This document shows positions 1-13,750 of a stretch of DNA of 64,000 bases, in pieces (position 1 is the stretch's first letter; every line of letters starts with the position of its first letter). Both the position numbers and the translations under genes were made by a program. The stretch is from Eledone cirrhosa. Lineage: Eukaryota. Where the stretch lies: NCBI GenBank assembly GCA_964016885.1, contig OZ024751.1, positions 17,732,001 through 17,796,000 on the forward strand, read 5' to 3'. Below the pieces are notes generated by a model. The model was not told the origin of the DNA and made no database searches. It was given only the letters and a program-made list of their open reading frames with translations.

Positions 1-50
1 GGAATTCCTACGAAAAAAACAAATTTCTACAAATTTCATACTTGACGACC

Positions 51-123
<73 letters not shown>

Positions 124-142
124 ATCTTCATTCTTTAACTAT

Positions 143-227
<85 letters not shown>

Positions 228-228
<1 letters not shown>

Positions 229-364
229 ACGAAGGTGTTGTGGTAAGGAACCAGATGGACCATAACGCACCAGAGTACTCAATACTTAGGGTAGTAGAGT
301 GGGTAATAGGAAAATGTATGTTTCGATGGCTTGAGCTCTGCCGTCGGGGTCCTACATTTTCCTA
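228..364 (-). mobile_element. HHR-family C element remnant (3' tail on minus strand plus short inverted arm) in (TA)n
   Basis: Tail is near-identical to 63557-63640 and to the reverse complement of 31920-32005; ATAGGAAAATGTA / TACATTTTCCTAT inverted arms; GGCTTGAGCTCTGCCGTCGGGGTCC stem III remnant. Confidence 0.75.
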
Positions 365-378
365 TATATATATATATA

Positions 379-503
<125 letters not shown>

Positions 504-637
504 GAATTAAACAAGATTCAATGAGCATATCAAAGTATGAATTTTACAGTAGATTGGAAGCACTCTACGAGAAATAATTTTCCAGACTTATTAATATTAA
601 AATACAAATATTAATAAAATAGATGTTCTTTTGATCA

Positions 638-700
638 ATTACATTTTATTATACATATTTCGGAGGTACATCAGTACGTCCCCATCAGACAAAATATAAT
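638..700 (-). ncRNA. Mirror HHR copy with core mutation (CUGAUGG)
   Basis: Reverse complement of 868-930, but A9 is changed to G. Confidence 0.7.
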
Positions 701-804
701 TGTTTCTACTTTAGGCACAAGGCCAGCAAATACCGAGTGCATTACTGGTACTTTATTTTATCGACTCCGTAAGGATGAAAGGCAAAGTCAACCTCGGCGG
801 GATT
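701..804 (-). mobile_element. 5'-truncated tRNA-derived SINE with 14-bp TSD
   Basis: Matches the 3' half of the window's major SINE; flanked by AGACAAAATATAAT (687-700) and AGACAAACTATAAT (805-818). Confidence 0.85.
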
Positions 805-867
805 AGACAAACTATAATGATACATGACATACCCTGAGATTTAACATCTCAGGCTATGTCATGTATC

Positions 868-930
868 ATTATATTTTGTCTGATGAGGACGTACTGTTGT
901 ACCTCCGAAATATGTATAATAAAATGTAAT
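868..930 (+). ncRNA. Type I minimal hammerhead ribozyme motif (AUA cleavage triplet)
   Basis: Stem I ATTATATTTTGT/ATAAAATGTAAT (12 bp, two G-U); CTGATGA 880-886; stem II GGACGTAC-TGTT-GTACCTCC with G-C closing pair; GAAA 907-910; U-AUGU-A stem III; UA, predicted cleavage after 918. Confidence 0.85.
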
Positions 931-1600
931 TGATCAAAAGAACATATATTTTATTAATATTTGTATTTTAATATATATATATATATATAAACATAGATAT
1001 ATATATGGCCCAAAAACCATTGAATTGTATATCAACAAAATAAGTACCAGACGTAAAGCAATCTACAATTCACTACGGTCGACTAATCATTCCTAAATGC
1101 CATGCACCAGCATGGCCCCAGTCTTGAGACAATATCAGAAAATAACCTATAAATACGTGTCTACACTTATACATGAAGTATATATATATAGGCATGCCAG
1201 AAATTCATTTAAACAAACGCATCTACTTCGATAAATACAGCCGCAAACCTACACCCAATCTCACACAGTGTCACATATATGCACACATGCAATCAAATGC
1301 ACTCAGTCATCGCTGGGCGTCGTTAAATCGTGCGCATGCGTAGACATAGACATGCTGACACATGCACATCCACGCATGCGAACATCCATCCTTCCAACCA
1401 TACATACATATATATATATATACATACACACGTTCATTTACTCATGTACACAAGTATAAGCATGAACCCATGACAATATACACGTATATACACGTATATA
1501 CACGTATATACACGTAATATACACGTAATATACACGTATCTACACACACCACACCGCACACACACACACACACACACCACACACACATGCACACACAAAA

Positions 1601-1633
<33 letters not shown>

Positions 1634-2028
1634 GTTAAACTCGGTGGGATTTGAATTCTGAACGTAAAAGGCCATAACCCTGTGCTGCAAAGAAAGGAGT
1701 ATGATGCTCTACTGATACTGCTCCTTAATAATATTCTCTGATTTAGGCCAACAATATTTGGGGGAAGGGAAAGTCGATTAAATCAACCCCAGTACGTTAC
1801 TGGTACTTTATTTATCGACTCTGTAAGGGTGAAAGGCAAAGTTAACCTAGGTGGGATTTGATATCAGAATGAATAATCCAGAACAAACACCGCAATGACA
1901 TTTTATCGGACGCTCTACTAATTCAACATAATGCACTCTAATAACATTAAAGATGACATGATTGAAAATATGACATTTTCCAATTCATTTTTTGACATTG
2001 GTCCTCTGTCTATCACACACACACACAC

Positions 2029-2114
<86 letters not shown>

Positions 2115-2238
2115 TCATATAAACATTCATACACACACACATACATACATACATGCATACGTACATACGTACGTACACACATACAAATAATATGATGTTG
2201 GTATGAACACAACTTTTTCAATAAAACTTACATACCAA

Positions 2239-2271
<33 letters not shown>

Positions 2272-2391
2272 CAAGCGCACACAGTTATATATATATATAC
2301 ATTTTAGTACAGCATTGACGAAGCTTTAGAATACGGCCAAGCTAGCGTATATGCATAATTGGTCTGTAGCTTGAGCACTCAGATGAGGGAA

Positions 2392-2422
<31 letters not shown>

Positions 2423-2423
2423 A

Positions 2424-2919
2424 TAAACAAATGGAAACTATATTTATAAAACCATATTTATTTCATTATACATATTTCAGGGATACCATATTTCACCATA
2501 TTTCTCATTTTTCATCTCCTCACTATTTCTCTCTCCCATATCTCTCTCTATCTCTCTCTGTTTTTCTTTACATACATTTATTCCTTCTCTCCGTCTTTCT
2601 TTCTAACTGTACTTAACACTAAATATTTACAAACATTTCACTACCAAACCAACTTTTTTAAATGGAAGTTGATCAATATTTTATGGTACGTCAAATTTAT
2701 TTATAAAACTGCTTATATATTGTATTTTATCTGAAAAAGGCATGCCATATTTTTAATATGGTATCCCTGAAATATGTATAATGAAATAAATATGGTTTTA
2801 TAAATATAGTTTTCCATTTGTTTAATATCGTATATCTACTCCAAAACTTGTTGAGTGCTTTATATCAGTTATAAAATATTTACTCGTTGTAACCCAACAA
2901 TTTTAAATAAAACTTTTGC

Positions 2920-2920
<1 letters not shown>
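2424..2920. mobile_element. HHR-family A element with inverted arms and degenerate core (CTGAAAA at 2731)
   Basis: ~2424-2492 is the reverse complement of ~2753-2823; long stem II and GAAA-TATGTATA-ATGAAATA retained; homologous to 42595-42728. Confidence 0.75.
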
Positions 2921-2952
<32 letters not shown>

Positions 2953-2969
2953 AAAACACACATATATGT

Positions 2970-3282
<313 letters not shown>

Positions 3283-3410
3283 GTTTAAATGATATTAATA
3301 TCATTGATATTATACTCCAGGTATTTTGTTGAGTGCTTCGAATCTGTTATAAATAAATTTGTTGAATTACCAACAAATTAAATACCTCTTTGCTTATATA
3401 TATATATATA

Positions 3411-4181
3411 TCTAATATATATTTGTGAAATGGGCGGTGGTTGAAATTCAGATGTGCACGGTTAAATGGTAATAGACGTGGTTGGACTGAAATGAAAATT
3501 TACACACCTATGTAAAAAGTGCCAAGGAAGCAAATAGACGAGGTTTCAAATCTCTAACTTGAAAAATGTGGTCCCTGTTCTAATACTTTTGTATTATTTA
3601 CAATTTCATACACATTTTTAAACTCATCAACGTTATTTCGCTGTTAACATAGAGTACCAATAATTTGAAAAATATTATTGAAAGTTTATTATAAAGAAGC
3701 AGTTTCAGGAAAAAGTGTAAACTATCATACAAACCTTCATAATATGCATTTTTAAACTTGCATATCATCGACATTGCTATTTCGCTATTAATAAACTATC
3801 ATCCTTCTATATTTAACGATCATACAGTACCGTTTTATGAAATCGATTCTGCAGTACGGTCACTGTTTTCCATCAAAAGAAATAAAACCCTTAAATTGCG
3901 AAGAAGGGACCCGTGTTTTTATTTTAATTCTAATACATGTTAACCATCAATAACAGTAAGTAGTAGTTTTCAAATTGCATATAATCGACATTGCTATTTT
4001 GCTGTTAATAAACAACGCTTTTCACGTCGCTCCACTTCTCATTGTACGCCGTCCAGCCCCAAGTGCATATTTCTATTTTTTTTTCCTGAAACTGCTTCTT
4101 TTTAATAAACTTTCAATAATATTTTTCAAATTATTAACTTAATAAAAAGTGGCCCCGGGTGCAACCGGGCTCAGCTGCTAG
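3411..4181 (+). mobile_element. Non-autonomous Helitron
   Basis: 5' TC after A; subterminal GC hairpin CCCGGGTGCAACCGGG; 3' CTAG followed by T; no TSD. Confidence 0.75.
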
Positions 4182-4419
4182 TATACATATATAAGTTAAA
4201 ACAATGAAATAAAAAATCAAGTCATATATACTTCACTTATTTACGATCGTTTCTAGGTGATGATAATAAATCGTAACTATACTTGGATATCGATCTATAT
4301 AAGTTTAGTTATATATATATATATATAAATATAAATTCAGCGAGAATCGCACTTCGGCGGATAGAAAAAGCGAAACGAAACGTAAAATCAGAGTTATGCT
4401 GGCATATATATATATATAT

Positions 4420-4599
<180 letters not shown>

Positions 4600-5444
4600 T
4601 ATTATCCGTATTACGTAACTTGTGCGAGATGGTATTTGATTTCCATTCTTAACACATATTTTAGTCTAAATTGGGAATCTATAGACAGAAAAACGCATAC
4701 ACACTCCACGCACATATATCTGTACATGTACATACACTCACACTTATGAGTCATATCTCTATTTATATCATTACATATATACATATACTTATGTATATAA
4801 ACACATGCATGCATATATACATACATACAAATATACATATACCGAGACACATATAGAGATTCATACATACTTACATATTTACATATTTACATACATATAT
4901 ACATACATACATATATACATATACCGAGACACATATAGAGATTCATACATACTTACATATTTACATATTTACATATATATACATACATACATAACTATAT
5001 ATATATAGTATACATAATTATACCTAGATACATATATTGATTCGTACATTCATACACACATACATATTCACATATTTACATACACACATGCATATATATA
5101 TTCATACATACAGACAGACAATATATATACAAAAACACACATACATATATACATACATATTTTCATGCATACATACATATTTACATACATGCATATTTAA
5201 TAACGTACATACATACATACATACATACATACATACATACATACATACATACATAATATATATAAATATATATACAAAAAACACACATACATATATACAT
5301 ACATACTTTAATAGAGACATACATACATATTTACGTACATACATATATTCATACATGCCTAATACACATGAATATGAATATGTGTGTGTGTTTGCGTCTG
5401 TGGAAGTATGTATTTGTGTGTGTGTTAGTTAGTGTATGTCTACG

Positions 5445-5523
<79 letters not shown>

Positions 5524-5619
5524 TGTGTGTGTGTGTGTATGTGTGTGTGTGTGAGTGCGTCTGTTTCTGTCTATATATATATATATATATGCTTATGAAA
5601 GTATATATTACTTTGTATA

Positions 5620-6045
5620 TATGGTTATGTAAGTATCTGTAACTGTGTATATATGCTTATGTAAGTATATGTGTATATAAGCATATGTATGTATCTCTTA
5701 CTGTGTATACATGCTTATGTATGTATCCGTTAATGTGTATATATGCTTATGTATGTATCTCTTACTGTGTATATATGCTCATGTATGTATCTCTTACTGT
5801 CTATATATGTTTATGTATGTATCTGTTAATGTGTATATATGTTTATGTAGGTATTCGTTAAAGTGTATATATGCTTATGTAGATATTCGTTAAAGTGTGT
5901 ATATGCTTATGTAGGTATTCGTTAAAGTGTGTATATGCTTATGTAGATATTCGTTACAGGGAATATATACTTATGTAGATATTCGTTACAGTGTATATAA
6001 TATATATGCTTATGTAAGTATTCGTTACAGTGTATATATGCTTAT
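5620..6045. repeat. ~32-bp minisatellite (TATATGCTTATGTAGGTATTCGTTAAAGTGTG-like)
   Basis: About a dozen visible, gradually diverging tandem units. Confidence 0.8.
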
Positions 6046-6700
6046 ATAAGTGTCACTTCGTGTAGTATCGATAGCAAAGGAAGGTCAACGGTTGACATCA
6101 ATTGCAAATGTTCAGCAATGTCACCAAAATACCGTTGACCAGAGCTCGAAAAGAGTCAAAGATGACGATACTGACAACGTCGATGACATATTCAAAGGGG
6201 AGACAATCAGGTAATATGACCTACATAGGCAGACATTTTTTTCTGGTGATGTAAGTCAGCAAGAACCAAATAATGATATTGTAGGTTGAGTAATAACATA
6301 AGATTTGTGTCTATGTGTGTTTATAAATGTGTATATATATTCAATTATACATATAGAGATGAAAAAAATGTGTATACACCATCACATATATATATATATA
6401 AATGAGTGTGTAAGTAAATACATAGTTATTCTACTCCAGGCACAAACACTCACATGTGTGTGTCTGTGTGTGTGTGTATGTGTGTGTGTATATACATATA
6501 TACATATATACATACACATATATATACATATATATACATATATATATACACATATATATATATATATATACACATACATATACATATGTATATATACACA
6601 TATATATATACATATGTATATATATATATATACATATATATATATACATACATACACATGTATATATATATACATATATATATATGTATGTATGTGTGTG

Positions 6701-6732
<32 letters not shown>

Positions 6733-6748
6733 CATACATACACACACA

Positions 6749-6789
<41 letters not shown>

Positions 6790-7126
6790 ACACATATATA
6801 TATTAATATCAATTAATCCACGCTTCTATATATCAATACAGATATATCTATATATATCAACGTATGAATAAGAAATACAAACATACTTTCTTTACATACA
6901 CACCACATTTTTTGGCCCTGATACACACAAGGGGCAGACACGCTGGTACAGACATATACATGTAGATATTAATAAAGCACATATCACCATATATGTTTAT
7001 TCTCCAATTCTCTCACACATAAACACACATTCACATGTATGTATGTGTGTGGGATTGTTTGAAGGCGCATATACATATGGTTATGTGTACAAACCAATAA
7101 ATATATGTTTGTATATGTGAGTGTGT

Positions 7127-7169
<43 letters not shown>

Positions 7170-7210
7170 CGTGTGTGTGTATATATATATATACAATTTC
7201 TATACTTTTC

Positions 7211-7247
<37 letters not shown>

Positions 7248-7316
7248 TATGTGTGTGTGTGCGTGTGTGTGTATATATATATATACAATTTCTATACTTT
7301 TCATTTATATATATAT

Positions 7317-7369
<53 letters not shown>

Positions 7370-7840
7370 TATATACACACACACACATATGTATGTGTCT
7401 ATATACAGTATATTGTTAATGATATCAACATAATCACCCACAAACTACGTATCTTAGCCCGTCCATCGTATCACACACATAGATGTAACCGTGTACATAA
7501 CCAAACATACATTCACACATATAGATATGCAACACAAGCTATATATAAATCCTGACACAGTGAGTGATAGATCTTATAAAGTTCACGCACACACACTCAT
7601 ACATATATATATACACATACATACATATACACATACATACAAACATACCTACCTACCTACATACATACATACATACATATACACATACATACATGCATAC
7701 ATACATATATACCTACCTACCTATATACATACATACCTATCAAACCTACATACATACATACATACATATATACATACATACATATATACATACATACATA
7801 CATATGTCCATACATACATACATATATACATACATAAATA

Positions 7841-8418
7841 CATGGTGGCTGCCAACTCGTTTTCGAGTACGGCCACTACTTTATATCCATGTAGGAGAAC
7901 TCCTACCGATGCGCTGAACGAGTGTGACTTTTTAGTCCAGCCAGCGACTTGAAAACTCTGGTACAAACACTACACTTGTGACAATTATTGACACATAGTG
8001 CTGGGCCCATGGTACCATGTGACGACAAGTGCAGAGAGATCTCCAGATATAAAGCAATGCCTGTGCCTTGAAGCTTTTATAGTAAGCAAAGGCACTGCAC
8101 AAAGCCAGTCCCACTCTCTTAACCAGGATGATATTTACCAAAAAGAAGAACAAGTCAACATCATTGGATACCATCAGGGTTGCAGGTGTTATATCAGAGT
8201 TTTCCTTCTCCTAGAATTCTGCCTTGACAAAGGCTAAGGGGTCATCTCTCCCGGTGATTTTGGATGGCCATTGACTCTTAAGAGCTCCTTTGCCCTTTGA
8301 CAGGTTTTGTTTTTAGTCCTGCGGGATGTCCAAAGTCACCCTCCTCACCAAGAAACCTTGGTGGGGTTGCCAGTTTAGTCGCCAACGACCCGACGATGGG
8401 ATAGGTTGTACATGTTAC
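7841..8418 (-). mobile_element. Internally deleted RTE-clade LINE derivative (5'UTR joined to ORF C-terminus and 3'UTR)
   Basis: Minus strand begins with RTE-type 5'UTR motifs (GGACTAAAAACAAAACCTGTCAAAGGGC...CTAGGAGAAGGAAAACTCTGA); 7983-7903 translates to CHKCSVCTRVFKSLAGLKSHTRSAHR* (C2H2 finger); (TGTA)n tail. Confidence 0.7.
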
Positions 8419-8863
8419 ATACATATATACATACATACATACATAAATACAAGCATACATATATACATACATACATACATACATACATACATACATACAT
8501 ACATACATACATACATACATCCATACATACATATACACATACATACATACTTCCAGACTTGATATAAACAAAACCACCCGCACCCCTCCCCCTGCGCCTT
8601 ATTCATTCATATTTCGAAGTACATATACCTATATATACCTATATATGTACATACATTTATATATACATATATATACGCATACACCCAAACAGCCACACAG
8701 ACACCCCCCCCCCCCCACACACACTCCCTCATATATATATATATATATATATGAGGGAGTGAGAGAGAGAGAGCGAGAGAGAGCGAATAAATACATGTAG
8801 ATATATACATAAATATACATACATATAGATATATAGATATACAGACACACACACACACACTCA

Positions 8864-8926
<63 letters not shown>

Positions 8927-8965
8927 TTGGAAAATAGTAAAATCGAATCTCTGGCGGTTTGCAAG

Positions 8966-9003
<38 letters not shown>

Positions 9004-9063
9004 GGAGCGAGAGAGAGCGAATATATACATGTAGATATATACATAAATATATATACATACATA

Positions 9064-9115
<52 letters not shown>

Positions 9116-9133
9116 TATGTATGTATATATATT

Positions 9134-9185
<52 letters not shown>

Positions 9186-9198
9186 TATACTAATATAC

Positions 9199-9235
<37 letters not shown>

Positions 9236-9263
9236 TATATATATATATATATACATATATAAC

Positions 9264-9320
<57 letters not shown>

Positions 9321-9346
9321 CATATATATATATATACATATATAAC

Positions 9347-9425
<79 letters not shown>

Positions 9426-9457
9426 CATACATATATATATATATATACATATATAAC

Positions 9458-9526
<69 letters not shown>

Positions 9527-11137
9527 CATAACACAAGGGTAGGTAAGCGAGCATTACATCGGAAGCATTGCTCCTACCATCATACTTTAATCTCAGCCCA
9601 CTCCCACGTGGAGCCATAGTAATTATAGTAAGTGGTTCGAGCTAGCTCGGTATAAGATGATGCAGTGAAGCTTGTGTGAGATCTAACCTCATCTAGCCAT
9701 ATTTATCGTATATTTTGACATGGCTTCTGACTTGTCGAATGGATCTTGGTAAATATGTATATATGCCTAGATGAAGCGTGTATGTGTGTGTGTGTGTAGC
9801 TGTGTGTGTATGTATGTGTGTGTGCGTAAGTGTTTGTGTGTGTGTGTGTCGGTGTGCGTGTGTGTGTGTGTATGTGTTTGTGTATGTGTGTTTGTGTGAA
9901 TGTGTAAGTGTGTGTGTGTATATATGAGAGTGTTTGTCTGTGTAGCTGTGTACGTGTGTGTGTGTGTGTGTGTGTTTGTGTGAACGTGTAAGTGTCTGTG
10001 TGTATATATGTAAGTGTTTGTGTGTGTAGCTGTGTAAGTGTGTGTGTGTGTGTGTGTGTGTGCGTGTGTGTTTGTGTGAATGTGTAAGTGTGTGTGTGTG
10101 TATATATGTAAGTGTTTGTGTGTGTGTGTCTATGTGTGTGCAGCTGTGTGGGTATGTATGTGTGTATGTGTGTATGTTTGTTTGTGTATGTGTGTATGTG
10201 TAAGTGTGTGTGTGTGTATACGTGTGTGTGTTTGTCTGTGTGTGTGTATGCGTGTGTGTGTGTGTGTGTTTGTGTGTGTGTCTGTGTGTGTGTGCATGTG
10301 TAACTGTGTGTGTGATAATGTGCAAGTTTGTGTGTGTGTGCGTGTGCGTATGTAGCTGTGTGGGTCTATGTGTGTATGCGTGTGTGTAAGTGTGTAAGTG
10401 TGTGTGTTTGTCTACGTGTGTGTATGAGTGTGTGTGTATGTGTGTATGTGTGTTTGTCTGTATGTGCTTATGTCTATGTGTGTGTGTGAGTGGATGTATC
10501 TGTGTGTGTCTATGAGATTTATTTATGGTAGGTAGTGTATTACTTACTGTGTTTGAGTGTGTGTGTGTGAATTTATGTGTGTATGTGTATGTGTGCATGA
10601 GTATATAGGTTTATGTGTGCTTATGTATTTGTGTGTGTTTGGTATGTGGATGTATGTGTGTGTGTGTGTGTGTCTATGAGATAGAAATTTATTTATGGTA
10701 GGAACTGTATTACTATCTCTGTGTGTGTGTGTGTTTGTGTTTGTGTGTGTGTTTTTGTATTTGTGTGTGTGTGTGTGTCTGTATGAGTATATGAATTTAT
10801 GTGCGTTTATATGTGTGTGTGGATGAGTATATAAGTTCATGTGTGTTTATGTGTGTTTATGTGCGTGTGTGTGTGTGTTTGTGTGTGTGTCTTTCGGTGG
10901 CGCGCGCGTGTGTGTCTCTATATGTGTATGAGTATATGAGTTTATGTGTGTTTATGTGTGTGTTTGGTGTGTGGATGTATGTGTCTATGAGATAGAAATT
11001 TATTTATGGTAGGGACTGTATTACTGTTTGTGTGTGTGTGTGTAGGGGGGGGGGATGCATGTGTGCGCGCGTGTGTGAGTGTGCGTGTGTGTATGTGTGT
11101 GTTTGTGTGTGTGTGTGTGTTAATATATGTATGCGAT

Positions 11138-11324
11138 GGCGATGGATTGGCAGTATCGGTAGAGGGTCGGACGCCATGCTTTGAAGCATAGAGTTACGGC
11201 CCTTGCCATTCTGAGTTCAAATCCCGCCGAGGTTCACTTTGCCTTTCATCCTTACGGGGTCGATAAAATAAAGTACCAGGAATGTACTAGGGTAATTGCT
11301 GGCCTTGTGCCAAAAGTAGAAACA
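11138..11324 (+). mobile_element. tRNA-derived SINE, full-length representative of the major family
   Basis: A-box-like TGGCAGTATCGG, B-box GAGTTCAAATCC, body GCCTTTCATCCTTACGGGGTCGATAAAATAAAGTACCAG; more than 20 copies in the window. Confidence 0.9.
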
Positions 11325-11398
11325 CATATATGTATACGATGCTATATTACATTCCGTGTATTCAGTGTGTTTCTTCCTCTATATATGTGTGCGTCTGA

Positions 11399-11438
<40 letters not shown>

Positions 11439-11969
11439 ATGTGTATGTCTAAAATCCGTGTAGCGTATTCTATATTGTGTGTATATATGTTATTTTTATG
11501 TCTAATACTTTCTTTCTGTGAGTATATTTTATGTTGTGTGTTAAACGTCCCATGTCTCTGTGTGTCTGTCTATATATGTGTCTATATATGTGTCTATATG
11601 GTGTGTGTGTGTGTTTATGAGTGTGTGTGGAGTATGGTGTATTTGTGTGTCGTATGGTTTGTGAGTGTGTTCATGTAATGTGTTTCGTATTTATGGTGTG
11701 TTTATGTGTATGTTGTCTGTATGTGGTTGGTGTATGTATTTATGAGATGTAGTATATTATCTTTATTTGCACTTCTTGTGTGACAAGAAGTGTTAATTAA
11801 TTACTTTGTGGGTTATATAATTAATTTATTATCTCACAGCTTTTGAGATACTTTGAATTGTAAGGTAGAGGTTTCTTTTTTATCTAATAAACACACAATA
11901 TAGACCTCGCTGTGAAATTGGTTTCGGTATATATTGCATACAACCAGAAAGAGGGTGATAGTGTGTCAG

Positions 11970-12990
11970 AGAATGGAAATTACCTAAAAAGAGTTAAGGA
12001 TTTTAGGTGTCTTGCTTCTTGGATCAACAATTCAGAAAAAAGACCTGAACATTAGAATTAAATTAGGCTGGAAAGTTTGTGAAGGCGCATGGCTTAGTGG
12101 TTAGAGCATTGGGCTTGCAATCGAAAGGTTGTGAGTTCGATTCTAGGACAGGGTGATGTGTTGTAACCTTGAGCAAGACACTTTATTTCACGTTGCTCCA
12201 GTTTACTAAGCTGTAGAAATGAGTTGCCATCCTGCCAAATCAATGGGTGGCAGTAGTTCCAGCTGCACACATCGAAAGACTGGTGTAGTGGTTCTGAGAA
12301 TAATGCGGATTTGCAAATGATCAATGCAAATTGACAATGGAAAGGTGCTCACGCTCGAGTTAGAAGAGAACTATTGATCTTCAGGAGAAGCAGCGAACCC
12401 TGATTGTATTCAGCAACTGAAACAAATATGAAGTACACCAAATCTAATGCTCCTTCTTATTTGCGAGTGTAAACTCGGCCAGATTAGATTAGATGGAAAG
12501 TTTCAAGATGGATGTCATTTGCAAATTAAGCTAGAGGTTAAGTTTTTTCGATCAACAGTTGAATGTGTGCTTGTATATGTGCTTGTATATGGCGGGGATT
12601 AATGGACACTCGCACAAGAGATTAGAAGGTACGTATGCAAGACTACCGAGGAAAGTACAAAATGTATGTTGGAGGAAGCACAGAACAAACGACTCTCTAT
12701 ACTGTTACCGATTACAGACGTCATAAAGGCTAGAAGACAGGGTTTCATGGGTCACGTGTGGCGAGAGACCTGGGAGAGGCATTATATCAGTTAATGTCAT
12801 TGGAACCTACACATGGTTGGAGGGAAAAGATGTCGGTCTCATCCTAGGTTTCTGGAACGGGGTTTTAAAGACACGAATCTTAGGAGGAATGAAATCAGAG
12901 AAGCCATGCTGGATAGGATCAAGTAGAGAAGTCTACTTACAACATTATCCGAGAAAACACGATATGGTGATGGTGATGATGATGATGGTA
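11970..12990 (+). mobile_element. Degraded RTE-X/RTE LINE ORF2 3' portion, interrupted by a SINE
   Basis: Manual translation NGNYLKRVKDFRCLASWINNSE.. then KFFRSTVECVL..WTL..RLEGTYARL..NVCWRKHRTN..KARRQGFMGHVWR, with stops and frameshifts; (GAT)n tail. Confidence 0.7.
12083..12227 (+). mobile_element. tRNA-headed CORE-type SINE
   Basis: TGGCTTAGTGG A box, GAGTTCGATTC B box, CCTTGAGCAAGACACTTTATTTCACGTTGCTCCAG core; minus-strand copies at ~49870-49940, 53072-53182 and 58230-58350. Confidence 0.8.
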
Positions 12991-13602
12991 GTGAAGTGAA
13001 ATTAGTTACTCCACAAACTTTAGGACTTTGTGACCAGAAAAAAATAGCTTTTTACATTTCTTAGACTTTCATCAGAGAAAATATAGCCAAACATTGGGGG
13101 AATGAAATCACGGAAGCCATGCTGGATAGAGTCAAGTGGAAAAGTATATTTATCAATATTGTCCGAGGAAACTTGACATAGCGATGATGATGATGATGAT
13201 CGTGGTGATGTTGGGGTTGTGAAATTAGTTACGTCACAAACTGTAGGGTGTCAGGGCCAGAAAAATGAGTTTCTTTACATTTCTTAGACTTTCATCAGAG
13301 GAAATATAGCCAAATATTAGAGGAATCAAATCACGGAAGTCATGCTGGATAGAGTCAAGTGGAGAAGTATATTTATCTTGACATGGCGATGATGATGATG
13401 GTGGTGATGTTGGGGTTGTGAAATTAGTTACGTCACAAACAGTAGGGTGTCGGGGCCAGAAAAATTAGTTTCTTTACATTTCTTAGATTTTCATCAGAGG
13501 AAATATAGCCAAACATTAGAGGAATGACATCACGGAAGTCATGCTGGATAGAGTCAAGTGGAGAAGTATATTTATCAACATTGTCCGAAAAACTTGATAT
13601 AG

Positions 13603-13633
<31 letters not shown>

Positions 13634-13750
13634 GATGATGATGGTGAAGTGAAATTAGTTACTCCACAAACTTTAGGACTTTGTGGCCAGAAAAATAGTT
13701 TTTTTTACATTTCTTAGACTTTCATCAGAGAAAATATAGCGAAACATTCA
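12880..13750 (+). repeat. ~200-230 bp tandem repeat (about 4 units) made of LINE 3' end, (GAT)n and flank
   Basis: GGAAGCCATGCTGGATAGAGTCAAGTGG...GTGAAATTAGTTAC...CTTAGACTTTCATCAGAG recurs near 12880, 13090, 13315 and 13510. Confidence 0.85.

Larger units (their letters stand above)
594..972. mobile_element. Palindromic HHR-family A element (head-to-head arms, centre ~843), left arm interrupted by a SINE
   Basis: 594-700 plus 805-840 is the near-perfect reverse complement of 846-972; centre GAGAT-TTAAC-ATCTC; right end runs into (TA)n. Confidence 0.85.

Noticed and set aside
4228-4395. GAAACGATCGTA (minus, ~4242-4253) and GAAACGAAACGTA (~4372-4384) stem III-like words
   Set aside because: No CUGANGA or stem I partner; possibly HHR relics but too fragmentary to call
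8330-8418. Possible HDV-like ribozyme at the RTE 5' end
   Set aside because: Only simple hairpins are visible; the nested double pseudoknot could not be assembled by eye
11138-11235. SINE heads as tRNA genes
   Set aside because: A and B boxes are present but there is no cloverleaf or acceptor stem; they continue into the repeated SINE body
13050-13080. CTGATGA...GAAA on the minus strand in each unit of the 12880-13750 tandem repeat (retrozyme-like periodicity)
   Set aside because: The 8 nt between the boxes (AAGTCTAA) cannot form stem II, and no stem I or III pairing was found
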